A stretch of DNA of 64,000 nt from the sequence record MK373784.1; one strand, given 5' to 3'. Position 1 is the first letter of the stretch; each line of letters starts with the position of its first letter. Source of the DNA: Escherichia phage vB_EcoM_MM02. Shown here piece by piece: positions 1-9,624 of the stretch. The notes below the pieces were generated by a model. The model ran no database searches. It worked only from the letters and a program-made list of their open reading frames with translations, and was not told the origin of the DNA. The translations under genes and the position numbers were made by a program.

Positions 1-1
1 A

Positions 2-633
<632 letters not shown>

Positions 634-634
<1 letters not shown>

Positions 635-864
635 TGGACGATTTAATTCAAGCTATTAAATCAAACGACCTCGTTGCTACTCGAAAGTTTTTTGAAAGTG
701 CAATGGCAGAAAAAACGGTTCGTTTGATTGAAGCACGCAAAGCAGAAATCGCTTCTCAATTTTTGATTGAAGGCGAAGAACCTGAAGAAGAAAAGAAAGC
801 TTCGGAAGACGACGCTGATGAAGGCGATGACGACGAAGACGAAGATGATGAGGACGACGAATAA
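634..864 (+). CDS. 67: prohead core protein gp67
   Basis: 76 aa with poly-acidic C-terminus ([12 protein letters not shown]); position between 20 and 68. Confidence 0.8.
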
Positions 865-1289
865 TGTATCTTATCCCTGAATCTTATGAATTGGTACTCG
901 AAAATGTCGAAGCACTTATTCCTGAAGCACAGGGCCGAATCGATGCATTGTCTTCTGCTCTCGATATTGACGATATAAATACTATTATCGAGAACATGCT
1001 TGAAACTGAAACGGATTTAGCTGTTGCAATGGCTTCCATTATTAATGAAGAACAGTTAAATGAGTTTATCGTTAAACATGTTTCTTCTCGTGGTGAAGTC
1101 ACCCGCACTAAAGACCGTAAAACTCGTGAACGTAACGCGTTCCAAACAACTGGTCTTTCTAAAGCAAAACGTAGACAAATCGCTCGTAAGGTCGTTAAAG
1201 CTAAAAAAGCTAACCCTTCAGGCCAAGTTAAAGGCTTGCGTAAGCGTAAAAAAGCTCTTAAACGTCGTAAAGCATTAGGATTAAGCTAA
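864..1289 (+). CDS. 68: prohead core protein gp68
   Basis: 141 aa, basic C-terminus; synteny; ATGA start/stop overlaps on both sides. Confidence 0.8.
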   Translation: MYLIPESYELVLENVEALIPEAQGRIDALSSALDIDDINTIIENMLETETDLAVAMASIINEEQLNEFIVKHVSSRGEVTRTKDRKTRERNAFQTTGLSKAKRRQIARKVVKAKKANPSGQVKGLRKRKKALKRRKALGLS

Positions 1290-1930
1290 TGAATAAACCC
1301 GAGTTACTTATTGAAACTTGGGGTCAACCCGGTGAGATTATTGATGGCGTTCCAATGTTGGAATCTCATGATGGAAAAGATTCTGGCTTAAAACCAGGGC
1401 TTTATATAGAAGGTATTTTTCTTCAGGCAGAGGTTGTTAACCGAAATAAACGTTTATATCCTAAACGCGTTTTGGAAAAAGCAGTAAGTGACTATATTAA
1501 AGAACAAGTCGCAACCAAACAAGCCCTTGGAGAATTAAACCATCCACCTCGTGCAAATGTTGACCCTATGCAAGCCGCTATCATTATTGAAGATATGTGG
1601 TGGAAAGGAAACGATGTATATGGACGTGCTAGAATTATTGAAGGCGACCATGGTCCCGGTGATAAATTAGCTGCTAATATACGAGCTGGTTGGATTCCAG
1701 GTGTTTCCTCTCGTGGTCTTGGTTCTTTAACCGACACCAATAAAGGGTACCGTATCGTGAACGAAGGATTTAAATTAACCGTCGGTGTAGATGCCGTATG
1801 GGGACCTTCTGCTCCAGATGCTTGGGTTACTCCTAAACAAATATCAGAATCAGAAAATTCGGTGGAAATCACCAAAAACAGTGCTGATGAAGCATTTAAA
1901 GCTCTCGCAGAGAGTTTAAAAGCATTATAA
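1289..1930 (+). CDS. 21: prohead core scaffold protein and protease gp21
   Basis: 213 aa, size and position as T4 gp21. Confidence 0.85.
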   Translation: MNKPELLIETWGQPGEIIDGVPMLESHDGKDSGLKPGLYIEGIFLQAEVVNRNKRLYPKRVLEKAVSDYIKEQVATKQALGELNHPPRANVDPMQAAIIIEDMWWKGNDVYGRARIIEGDHGPGDKLAANIRAGWIPGVSSRGLGSLTDTNKGYRIVNEGFKLTVGVDAVWGPSAPDAWVTPKQISESENSVEITKNSADEAFKALAESLKAL

Positions 1931-1933
1931 ATA
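1926..1933 (+). promoter_or_regulatory. T4-type late promoter TATAAATA (gene 22)
   Basis: Exact TATAAATA ~30 bp upstream of ATG 1964. Confidence 0.6.
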
Positions 1934-1963
1934 ATAATGTAATCTAAACCACAGGACACTAAA

Positions 1964-2776
1964 ATGATCAAAGAACAACTTTTGAAAGAAGCTCAGAACA
2001 TCGAGACTTCAGTTGCTCTTAATAGTGTTTTCGAATCAGTAGAACTGTCTCCGGACGTTAAAGCTAATTTCAGCACTGTATTCGAAGCCACCGTTAAGCA
2101 GGAAGCAGTCAAACTGGCTGAATCTCATATCAAAGCCATCGCCGAAAAAGCCGAAGAAGAAGTTGAAAAGGCTAAAGAAGATGCTGAAGAGAAAGCTGAT
2201 AAAAAATTGGCTGAACAAGCTTCTAAATTCCTAGACCATCTTGCAAAAGAATGGCTCGCAGAAAACCAAATCGCAGTTGATAAAGGCATTAAAGCTGATT
2301 TGTTCGAATCCATGCTTGGTGGTCTGAAAGAACTGTTTGTTGAACATAACGTTGTTGTTCCAGAAGAATCTGTAGATGTTGTAGCAGAAATGGAAGAAGA
2401 GCTGGCCGAACATAAAGAAGAAACCGCTCGTTTGTTCGAAGAAGTTACCAAACGTGATGCATATATCAATTACGTTCAGCGTGAAACCGCTATTAATGAA
2501 AGCGTAAAAGACCTGACTGAATCTCAGAAAGAAAAAGTTATTGGCCTGGTTGAAGGTATGGATTATTCTGACGCATTTGGTACTAAGTTAACTGCTATTG
2601 TAGAAATGGTTAAAGGTTCTACTAAAGAAGAAGCCGCTATTACCGAAAGTATAAATACAGTTGACAATGACGCTGCCGGTCTTAATTTTATTGCCGAAGC
2701 AGTTGACACTACCACAACTCAGGTAGAACAGAATTCTAATGTAAGTTTATATGCGAAAGTCGCATCTCGTTTCTAA
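1964..2776 (+). CDS. 22: prohead core scaffold protein gp22
   Basis: 270 aa, acidic coiled-coil-like protein; late promoter TATAAATA just upstream. Confidence 0.85.
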   Translation: MIKEQLLKEAQNIETSVALNSVFESVELSPDVKANFSTVFEATVKQEAVKLAESHIKAIAEKAEEEVEKAKEDAEEKADKKLAEQASKFLDHLAKEWLAENQIAVDKGIKADLFESMLGGLKELFVEHNVVVPEESVDVVAEMEEELAEHKEETARLFEEVTKRDAYINYVQRETAINESVKDLTESQKEKVIGLVEGMDYSDAFGTKLTAIVEMVKGSTKEEAAITESINTVDNDAAGLNFIAEAVDTTTTQVEQNSNVSLYAKVASRF

Positions 2777-2793
2777 TTTAAAGGTTAACACAA

Positions 2794-4362
2794 ATGACTA
2801 CTATCAAAACTAAAGCTCAGCTCGTAGACAAATGGAAAGAACTGCTGGAAGGTGAAGGCCTGCCGGAAATCGCTAATAGCAAGCAGGCTATTATCGCTAA
2901 AATCTTCGAAAACCAGGAAAAAGATTTCGAAGTATCCCCTGAATATAAAGACGAGAAAATCGCTCAGGCATTTGGTTCTTTCTTGACCGAAGCTGAAATT
3001 GGTGGTGACCATGGTTATAATGCTCAGAACATCGCAGCAGGTCAAACCTCTGGTGCAGTAACCCAAATTGGGCCGGCAGTTATGGGTATGGTTCGTCGTG
3101 CTATTCCTAATCTGATCGCTTTTGATACTTGTGGTGTTCAGCCTATGAACAGCCCGACCGGTCAGGTATTTGCTCTCCGTGCAGTATATGGTAAAGACCC
3201 TATCGCTGCTGGCGCTAAAGAAGCTTTCCATCCGATGTATGCTCCAGATGCGATGTTCTCTGGTCAGGGTGCTGCTAAGAAATTCCCAGCTCTGGCTGCT
3301 GACACTACTACTGTTGTAGGTGATATCTATACTCACTTCTTCCAAGAAACTGGTACTGTATATCTGCAAGCTTCTGCTGTCGTAACACTTGATTCTGGTG
3401 CAACTGATGCAGCTAAATTAGATGCAGAAGTTAAGAAACAAATGGAAGCTGGTGCACTGGTAGAAATCGCTGAAGGTATGGCTACTTCTATCGCTGAACT
3501 CCAGGAAGGTTTCAACGGTTCTACCGATAACCCATGGAATGAAATGGGCTTCCGTATCGATAAACAAGTTATCGAAGCTAAATCTCGCCAGCTGAAAGCT
3601 GCTTACTCTATCGAATTAGCACAAGACCTCCGTGCAGTACACGGTATGGATGCTGATGCTGAACTGAGCGGTATTCTGGCTACAGAAATTATGCTAGAAA
3701 TCAACCGTGAAGTTGTTGATTGGATTAACTACTCTGCACAGGTTGGTAAATCTGGTATGACCCTGACTCCGGGTTCTAAAGCTGGTGTATTTGACTTCCA
3801 GGACCCGATTGATATCCGTGGTGCTCGTTGGGCCGGTGAAAGCTTTAAATCTCTGTTGTTCCAGATTGATAAAGAAGCAGTTGAAATTGCTCGTCAAACC
3901 GGTCGTGGTGAAGGTAACTTCATTATCGCTTCCCGTAACGTAGTTAACGTACTGGCTTCAGTTGATACTGGTATTTCTTACGCTGCACAGGGTCTGGCTT
4001 CTGGTTTTAATACCGACACTACTAAGTCTGTATTTGCCGGTGTACTTGGTGGTAAATACCGCGTATACATCGACCAGTATGCTAAACAGGATTACTTCAC
4101 CGTTGGTTACAAAGGCGCTAACGAAATGGATGCAGGTATTTACTATGCTCCTTACGTTGCACTTACCCCGCTGCGTGGTTCCGATCCTAAGAACTTCCAG
4201 CCGGTAATGGGCTTTAAAACTCGTTACGGTATCGGTGTTAACCCGTTTGCTGAAAGTTCCCTGCAGGCTCCAGGTGCTCGCATCCAGTCCGGTATGCCAT
4301 CTATCCTGAACAGCCTTGGTAAGAACGCTTACTTCCGCCGTGTATATGTAAAAGGCATCTAA
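2794..4362 (+). CDS. 23: major capsid protein gp23
   Basis: 522 aa; N-terminus and body read as near-identical to T4 gp23 from memory (..LPEIANSKQAIIAKIFENQEKDF..). Confidence 0.95.
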   Translation: MTTIKTKAQLVDKWKELLEGEGLPEIANSKQAIIAKIFENQEKDFEVSPEYKDEKIAQAFGSFLTEAEIGGDHGYNAQNIAAGQTSGAVTQIGPAVMGMVRRAIPNLIAFDTCGVQPMNSPTGQVFALRAVYGKDPIAAGAKEAFHPMYAPDAMFSGQGAAKKFPALAADTTTVVGDIYTHFFQETGTVYLQASAVVTLDSGATDAAKLDAEVKKQMEAGALVEIAEGMATSIAELQEGFNGSTDNPWNEMGFRIDKQVIEAKSRQLKAAYSIELAQDLRAVHGMDADAELSGILATEIMLEINREVVDWINYSAQVGKSGMTLTPGSKAGVFDFQDPIDIRGARWAGESFKSLLFQIDKEAVEIARQTGRGEGNFIIASRNVVNVLASVDTGISYAAQGLASGFNTDTTKSVFAGVLGGKYRVYIDQYAKQDYFTVGYKGANEMDAGIYYAPYVALTPLRGSDPKNFQPVMGFKTRYGIGVNPFAESSLQAPGARIQSGMPSILNSLGKNAYFRRVYVKGI

Positions 4363-4386
4363 TCTTAATTGATTAAATCTTATTTT

Positions 4387-4404
4387 GGGAGACTTCGGTC
4401 TCCC
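4387..4404 (+). terminator. intrinsic terminator after gene 23 (UUCG tetraloop + T-run)
   Basis: gggagac-ttcg-gtctccc followed by attttt. Confidence 0.7.
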
Positions 4405-4414
4405 ATTTTTGGTT

Positions 4415-4684
4415 TTATTTCTGTGCAATTTCGATGTAAGTTTTCAAAATATTTTGCCAATTAGGCATACCTTCTTGGACATATGCCGGAGAACCGTCTT
4501 TGTTTTTGAATGATGCAAGTTTATCAGTGGCCCAATAGCCTTTAGCTCGAGCTTCAGAATCAATTTTCATCCATACTTTGTTGAAGGCATTACCATTAAC
4601 TTTTGCACCATATTTTTCTACTAACTTAACTGCTTCAGCTTCCAGAACTTTTAAAGTATCTCGTAAGAAACGTGCTTTAGTCAT
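4415..4684 (-). CDS. hypothetical early protein, 89 aa, opposite strand between genes 23 and 24
   Basis: ATG 4682-4684, SD GAGGAG, early-type promoter upstream (GTTTAC -35 at ~4739-4744); occupies the T4 segD position. Confidence 0.5.
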   Translation of the reverse strand: MTKARFLRDTLKVLEAEAVKLVEKYGAKVNGNAFNKVWMKIDSEARAKGYWATDKLASFKNKDGSPAYVQEGMPNWQNILKTYIEIAQK

Positions 4685-4715
4685 TTTGTTTACTCCTCTG
4701 TAGTTGATAAGTCTA

Positions 4716-4744
4716 TAGTATCACATACCAAATACGTTGTAAAC
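4716..4744 (-). promoter_or_regulatory. early promoter (GTTTAC-N17-TACTAT)
   Basis: Sigma70-like elements upstream of 89-aa ORF. Confidence 0.45.
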
Positions 4745-4750
4745 AATCTT

Positions 4751-4758
4751 TATAAATA
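4751..4758 (+). promoter_or_regulatory. T4-type late promoter TATAAATA (gene 24)
   Basis: Exact TATAAATA ~28 bp upstream of ATG 4786. Confidence 0.65.
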
Positions 4759-4785
4759 ATCTATATCACATAAGGAAAAAATGCA

Positions 4786-6069
4786 ATGAGTAAAATCCAA
4801 AAATTATTGCGTGAATCTACAACGTCTACTAGCAACTCAATCGGTCGCCCAAATCTCGTTGCTTTGACTCGCGCTACGACTAAATTAATATATTCTGACA
4901 TTGTAGCAACACAAAGAACTAATCAACCTGTTGCTGCTTTTTATGGTATCAAATATCTTAACCCAGATAACGAATTCACATTTAAAACCGGTGCTACTTA
5001 TGCTGGCGAAGTTGGATATGTAGACCGAGAAAAAATTACTGAACTCACAGAAGAATCAAAAGTCACACTAAATAAAGGTGATTTTTTCAAATATAATAAT
5101 ATCGTCTATAAAGTGTTAGAAGATACACCATTTGCAGATATTCAAGAAAGTGATCTAGAATTAGCTCTTCAGATTGCAGTCGTTCATTTAAAGGTACGGT
5201 TATTTTCAGATGCAGCGGTAACAAGCAAATTTGAAAGCTCTGATAGCGAAATTTCTGATGCAAGATTCCAGATTAATAAATGGCAAACTTCAGTCAAATC
5301 TCGTAAACTTAAAACTGGCCTCACGGTTGAATTAGCGCAAGATTTGGAAGCGAATGGATTTGATGCCCCTAACTTCTTAGAAGATTTGCTTGCTACTGAA
5401 ATGGCTGATGAAATTAATAAAGATATTCTTCAGTCTTTAATTACTGTATCGAAACGTTATAAAGTTACTGGAATTACTGACACCGGATTTATTGACTTGA
5501 GCTATGCATCCGCTCCAGAAGCAGGTCGTTCATTATATCGAATGGTGTGTGAAATGGTATCACACATTCAAAAAGAGACAACTTATACTGCAACGTTTTG
5601 TGTAGCCTCAGCTCGTGCAGCTGCTATTCTTGCTGCTTCTGGTTGGTTAAAACATAAGCCAGAAGATGACAAGTATCTTTCACAAAATGCTTATGGATTC
5701 TTGGCAAATGGATTACCTCTTTACTGCGATACCAACAGTCCGTTAGATTATGTTATTGTGGGTGTTGTAGAAAATATCGGCGAAAAAGAAATTGTAGGGT
5801 CCATCTTTTATGCTCCATACACTGAAGGAGTAGATTTAGATGACCCGGAACATGTTGGTGCATTTAAAGTTGTAGTTGATCCAGAAAGCTTGCAACCGTC
5901 TATCGGATTATTGGTTAGATATGCTTTATCAGCAAATCCTTACACAGTAGCAAAAGACGAAAAAGAAGCGAGAATAATTGATGGTGGGGACATGGATAAA
6001 ATGGCAGGACGTTCAGACTTGTCTGTTTTACTCGGTGTTAAATTGCCTAAAATTATTATAGATGAATAA
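4786..6069 (+). CDS. 24: capsid vertex protein gp24
   Basis: 427 aa; late promoter TATAAATA at 4751-4758; synteny after 23. Confidence 0.9.
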   Translation: MSKIQKLLRESTTSTSNSIGRPNLVALTRATTKLIYSDIVATQRTNQPVAAFYGIKYLNPDNEFTFKTGATYAGEVGYVDREKITELTEESKVTLNKGDFFKYNNIVYKVLEDTPFADIQESDLELALQIAVVHLKVRLFSDAAVTSKFESSDSEISDARFQINKWQTSVKSRKLKTGLTVELAQDLEANGFDAPNFLEDLLATEMADEINKDILQSLITVSKRYKVTGITDTGFIDLSYASAPEAGRSLYRMVCEMVSHIQKETTYTATFCVASARAAAILAASGWLKHKPEDDKYLSQNAYGFLANGLPLYCDTNSPLDYVIVGVVENIGEKEIVGSIFYAPYTEGVDLDDPEHVGAFKVVVDPESLQPSIGLLVRYALSANPYTVAKDEKEARIIDGGDMDKMAGRSDLSVLLGVKLPKIIIDE

Positions 6070-6080
6070 ACAAAAAAAAA

Positions 6081-6096
6081 GGGACCTTACGGTCCC
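6081..6096. terminator. bidirectional terminator between gene 24 and rnlB
   Basis: A9 - gggacc ttac ggtccc - T5. Confidence 0.7.
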
Positions 6097-6103
6097 TTTT
6101 TCG

Positions 6104-7102
6104 TTATGATACTAATTCAATCCATGCAGGACGCAGAACATCTTGCACCATTCGGACTAATTCTTTCTTAACAAGATTCGGATTATCGGATGATGTTAAT
6201 ACAATACCTTCACGAGAAGTTTCTTCCAGAATATCTTGAACAGTCAATCCCATCACTTTGCCAAAATCTTTTGGCGTTACAGTCCCAATCTTAGAAATCA
6301 CATTATTAACACGGTTTAATGTAACATAACAAGCTAGGACATCAAGCAAGTTTTTGTCAATTTCGGTTAATGGAACCTGAGTTTTAATAGGCTTATCAGA
6401 CTTTTTCTTTTCACTGAATTTAGAGTTCTTACACTTAATAGCTACACGAGTACCGTTTGGCAGCCATTTAGGGAAACAAGGCTTCAGAACATAACCTTCT
6501 GCCGTATTATCGCCAATAACATTAGCATCAAATACGCAATTATTTGCTTCGACAAGGTCTTCCGATGCCGTGGCGTTATAAGCGGCTAAGACAGAATCAA
6601 GGTCGTTTGGAATCATGATAAGAGCATCAAATGTGCCACGACCAAGCATTGGTGCCATTTTAAAACCGAATTCATTACAGAAATCTTGCATTTCGTAATC
6701 GGTCAAATACGTATTATCACCACTTTCTGTATTGATAAGGATATCGAACACATAAAAATCTTTTTCACCGTAGTCAACACCTTTCTGGATTCCACCACCA
6801 GCGAATTCACCAAAGACCTGATATGATACAGCTCGAGAACTACCCATTACTTCTTGAACGTTTTTAATAGCTTTATCATACTTCTTGAGTACAATTTCAT
6901 AACCATAAAAATCTTCTGCTGGAAGAATAGGGCCTGTGCGCTTGGCGCATGTGACGTTGTCACGTTCAATTATTAACGAGAAGTTAGTCCCATGGATTTT
7001 CTCACGTGCTACCCAAACACCAGTAGTCAAACCATTAGTGTAGAGTTTTTCAATAAACTTAGAGTTGTAGTGGTTTTCAAGACTGCTGTATTTCTTAAAC
7101 AT
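6104..7102 (-). CDS. rnlB: RNA ligase 2 (Rnl2)
   Basis: 332 aa; nucleotidyltransferase motif KIHGTN near N-terminus; position after gene 24 as T4 24.1/rnlB. Confidence 0.85.
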   Translation of the reverse strand: MFKKYSSLENHYNSKFIEKLYTNGLTTGVWVAREKIHGTNFSLIIERDNVTCAKRTGPILPAEDFYGYEIVLKKYDKAIKNVQEVMGSSRAVSYQVFGEFAGGGIQKGVDYGEKDFYVFDILINTESGDNTYLTDYEMQDFCNEFGFKMAPMLGRGTFDALIMIPNDLDSVLAAYNATASEDLVEANNCVFDANVIGDNTAEGYVLKPCFPKWLPNGTRVAIKCKNSKFSEKKKSDKPIKTQVPLTEIDKNLLDVLACYVTLNRVNNVISKIGTVTPKDFGKVMGLTVQDILEETSREGIVLTSSDNPNLVKKELVRMVQDVLRPAWIELVS

Positions 7103-7221
7103 AAATCACCATTATAAATAATAATATCAAAATAATTAGCAGAGACTCTGTCTCTGACCAGATGTTTAATTTGAATGGATAGAACCTAGATTCATTATAC
7201 CATCAAAAAATGTAAAGCATA

Positions 7222-7473
7222 TTAGAACTTGATTTCTATCCAATGACCATCACGCTGGTCGTGATTAATTTTGTACTGAAAGCCGTTATCACGAAGCCAT
7301 TGACCGACTTGTTCAGTTATAGTTAAATCGTTCTTTGACGGGTAGTATGTGAATTGTGTCTGGCCTTTGTCAGCGGCTTTCTCTGCCATCACAGAGAAGT
7401 TAGTAATAAAATCACTCAACAAATTAGCTTTAGTGGCCAGTGCCCTTTCTCTTAATTCCTGTGCAAAACTCAT
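7222..7473 (-). CDS. hypothetical protein, 83 aa
   Basis: ATG ORF in T4 24.2/24.3 position. Confidence 0.45.
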   Translation of the reverse strand: MSFAQELRERALATKANLLSDFITNFSVMAEKAADKGQTQFTYYPSKNDLTITEQVGQWLRDNGFQYKINHDQRDGHWIEIKF

Positions 7474-7664
7474 TTCTTCACCTTTTTGTTAATCAAACGT
7501 TTACGGTATACAACTTTTTCTTTTGCTTTAAACTTTGACCGAGCTGTCTCGGCTTTAGTCCATAGTAATCCAACTTCTTTAGGTTGTAAACCAATTTTTT
7601 GAGCAATTTCTACGAATGAAAATCCCGCCTCATGTAATGTATAAACTTCAACTTCAGCTCTCAT
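7470..7664 (-). CDS. small hypothetical protein with possible helix-turn-helix
   Basis: ORF track starts at TTG 7670; in-frame ATG at 7664; FSFVEIAQKIGLQPKEV segment is HTH-like; basic C-terminus. Confidence 0.4.
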   Translation of the reverse strand: MRAEVEVYTLHEAGFSFVEIAQKIGLQPKEVGLLWTKAETARSKFKAKEKVVYRKRLINKKVKK

Positions 7665-7745
7665 AATCAATCCCGTATTATTTGGTTTGTGCCATTATAT
7701 ACATCAATCTCAAGTTGTGTTTTGTATGCTTTAAAAACGAAGAAA

Positions 7746-7759
7746 GGGGCCGAAGCCCC
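7746..7759 (-). terminator. terminator after hoc
   Basis: ggggc-cgaa-gcccc; minus strand followed by U-rich run. Confidence 0.6.
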
Positions 7760-7765
7760 TTACGA

Positions 7766-8896
7766 TTATGGATATGTATAGATGATACCAGTTTCCAAAG
7801 CAGTTTTATGGATGATGTATCCATTACGTGATTCTTGAACATCAACTTCCGGATAGTCTTTCATCATCTTCTGAAGAGTGTAACGATGCAGGTAGTATTT
7901 ACTATCTGGATCTTCAGTTTTCCAATCTTTACCTTCTTCAGTCATTTTTTGGATTTCATCCATAACCCACCAACCGCACCAGATGTAAGCCGAAGTACGA
8001 TGTGGAAGAGGATGAACATAAGGTAGTTCACCTTCTGGTTCTGGAGCAACTTTATCAGTCACTTGGACTTGACCTTCTGCTGTAATAGTTTTGCTATCAT
8101 AATCAGTAGCAGTAACAGTTGCAGTAACTTCAATAGTTTGACTTCCAATAGATGAGGTATCAACGGTATATACATTAGTTGACCCTTCTACAGGAGAAGA
8201 ATCTTTCTTCCATGAATACGCAATTTGCGCTTCTTCTGGAGCATCCGTAACATTAGCCGTAAATGTAGCCGAAGCATCTTGCTGAACGTTAATAGAAGGA
8301 GGAGTCAATGTAACCTGTGGATTCATTGTCTTCTTATTAACCGTTAATGATACTTCATTCGAAGTAACTTCCTTTGCATCATAATCTGTCGCAGTTACTT
8401 GGGCTACACATTTAATTCTTTTTACTCCACTTGTAGTTGGAGTATAGCTAAATGTAGAGTTAGTTTCTCCACCAACCTGTGAATCATCTACATACCACTG
8501 ATACGTAGCAGACGCTCCAGCTGGTTGAGAAGCTAAGGCAGCAGTAAATTGAACTGGGGTTCCAATTACTCCAGCTGAAGGACTAGCAGGAGTTACGGCT
8601 AAGGTAGTCGTCTGTGTCTTATTTTGAACTGTGATAGTTGTAGTAGCTTCTGCTGTTTCAGCGTCAGTATCAGGAATAGTATTTGTTGCAACAACTTTAA
8701 TTGTTTTTGTTCCAGCAGGTCCTTTTAACACGTAATCAAAAGTTTCTGCTGATCCTTCTTGGGGAGCATCGTCTACACTCCATGCATAGGTAATAGTTCC
8801 ACCTCCAGTTTCACCACTGGGAGTAGCAGTAAACTGCTTAGTCTCATCTATAACTCCAGTAGATGTTTTAGGAGTTATATCAACTGTAAAAGCCAT
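7766..8896 (-). CDS. hoc: Hoc, highly immunogenic outer capsid protein
   Basis: 376 aa, repeated Ig-like beta-rich segments; position between 24.x and inh. Confidence 0.8.
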   Translation of the reverse strand: MAFTVDITPKTSTGVIDETKQFTATPSGETGGGTITYAWSVDDAPQEGSAETFDYVLKGPAGTKTIKVVATNTIPDTDAETAEATTTITVQNKTQTTTLAVTPASPSAGVIGTPVQFTAALASQPAGASATYQWYVDDSQVGGETNSTFSYTPTTSGVKRIKCVAQVTATDYDAKEVTSNEVSLTVNKKTMNPQVTLTPPSINVQQDASATFTANVTDAPEEAQIAYSWKKDSSPVEGSTNVYTVDTSSIGSQTIEVTATVTATDYDSKTITAEGQVQVTDKVAPEPEGELPYVHPLPHRTSAYIWCGWWVMDEIQKMTEEGKDWKTEDPDSKYYLHRYTLQKMMKDYPEVDVQESRNGYIIHKTALETGIIYTYP

Positions 8897-8905
8897 AAGT
8901 TATCC

Positions 8906-9574
8906 TTATTTTAATGTTACGAAAGAAGAATTACGAGTTTCACGAATTAGAACTGATCCATCGCGATTAATATAATAAATTAAGCTAAATAATGTTTGGT
9001 GAGCAGAAGCGTGAACAAAACTGGTTGGACGAGATTTCCAATCTGGGGTTTCGGCTATCCATTGATAAATCCACCAAGGAACAGTAACATATCCTGGGGC
9101 TTTGCCTAATTTAATGAGTGTAGGACTAAAATTTTCAGGCAGAACAAATTTTACTTCTTTATTTACCTCTGGATCAGGCTCTTTTTCAGATTCAACAACC
9201 TGAGTAATTGCTTCTTCGAATTTATCATGGTCGAATTCTTTTTCTTGTTCGACAACTTCTAATACTTCAACTTGTTCTGTTGGAGAATCAAACAACAGAA
9301 TAGCTTCTTCTTTAACTTCTTCGTTGGTGAAATTAACACCGTCCGCATCATCTGCGGCAGTAATTAAATCGGTGATAGATAATCCATCGGTTTCAGGTAA
9401 TGGTTCATCAGCCAGTGCGTTAAGAGCTTCTTCGATATCAATAACAATATTATCGAATGATTTTGTTTTCTTAACACTAATGCCAAATTGTTCCGCATAT
9501 TCAAACAGTTTAGCTTTGGCTTCCTTTTTATCAGAAAGAGCACGTAACTCTTCAATATAGTCTTTATCGATCAT
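8906..9574 (-). CDS. inh: Inh-like protein (inhibitor of prohead protease)
   Basis: 222 aa, acidic; synteny between hoc and uvsW. Confidence 0.6.
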   Translation of the reverse strand: MIDKDYIEELRALSDKKEAKAKLFEYAEQFGISVKKTKSFDNIVIDIEEALNALADEPLPETDGLSITDLITAADDADGVNFTNEEVKEEAILLFDSPTEQVEVLEVVEQEKEFDHDKFEEAITQVVESEKEPDPEVNKEVKFVLPENFSPTLIKLGKAPGYVTVPWWIYQWIAETPDWKSRPTSFVHASAHQTLFSLIYYINRDGSVLIRETRNSSFVTLK

Positions 9575-9587
9575 GATATTTCCTCAT

Positions 9588-9595
9588 TATAAATA
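9588..9595 (+). promoter_or_regulatory. T4-type late promoter TATAAATA (uvsW)
   Basis: Exact TATAAATA ~30 bp upstream of ATG 9625. Confidence 0.6.
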
Positions 9596-9624
9596 TAACT
9601 ATATTTATTACATGGTAATTTGAC

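Noticed and set aside
7113-7120. Plus-strand TATAAATA at 7113-7120 as a late promoter
   Set aside because: No plus-strand gene lies downstream for ~2.5 kb; it is more likely part of the AT-rich rnlB leader on the minus strand, though an antisense late transcript cannot be excluded.
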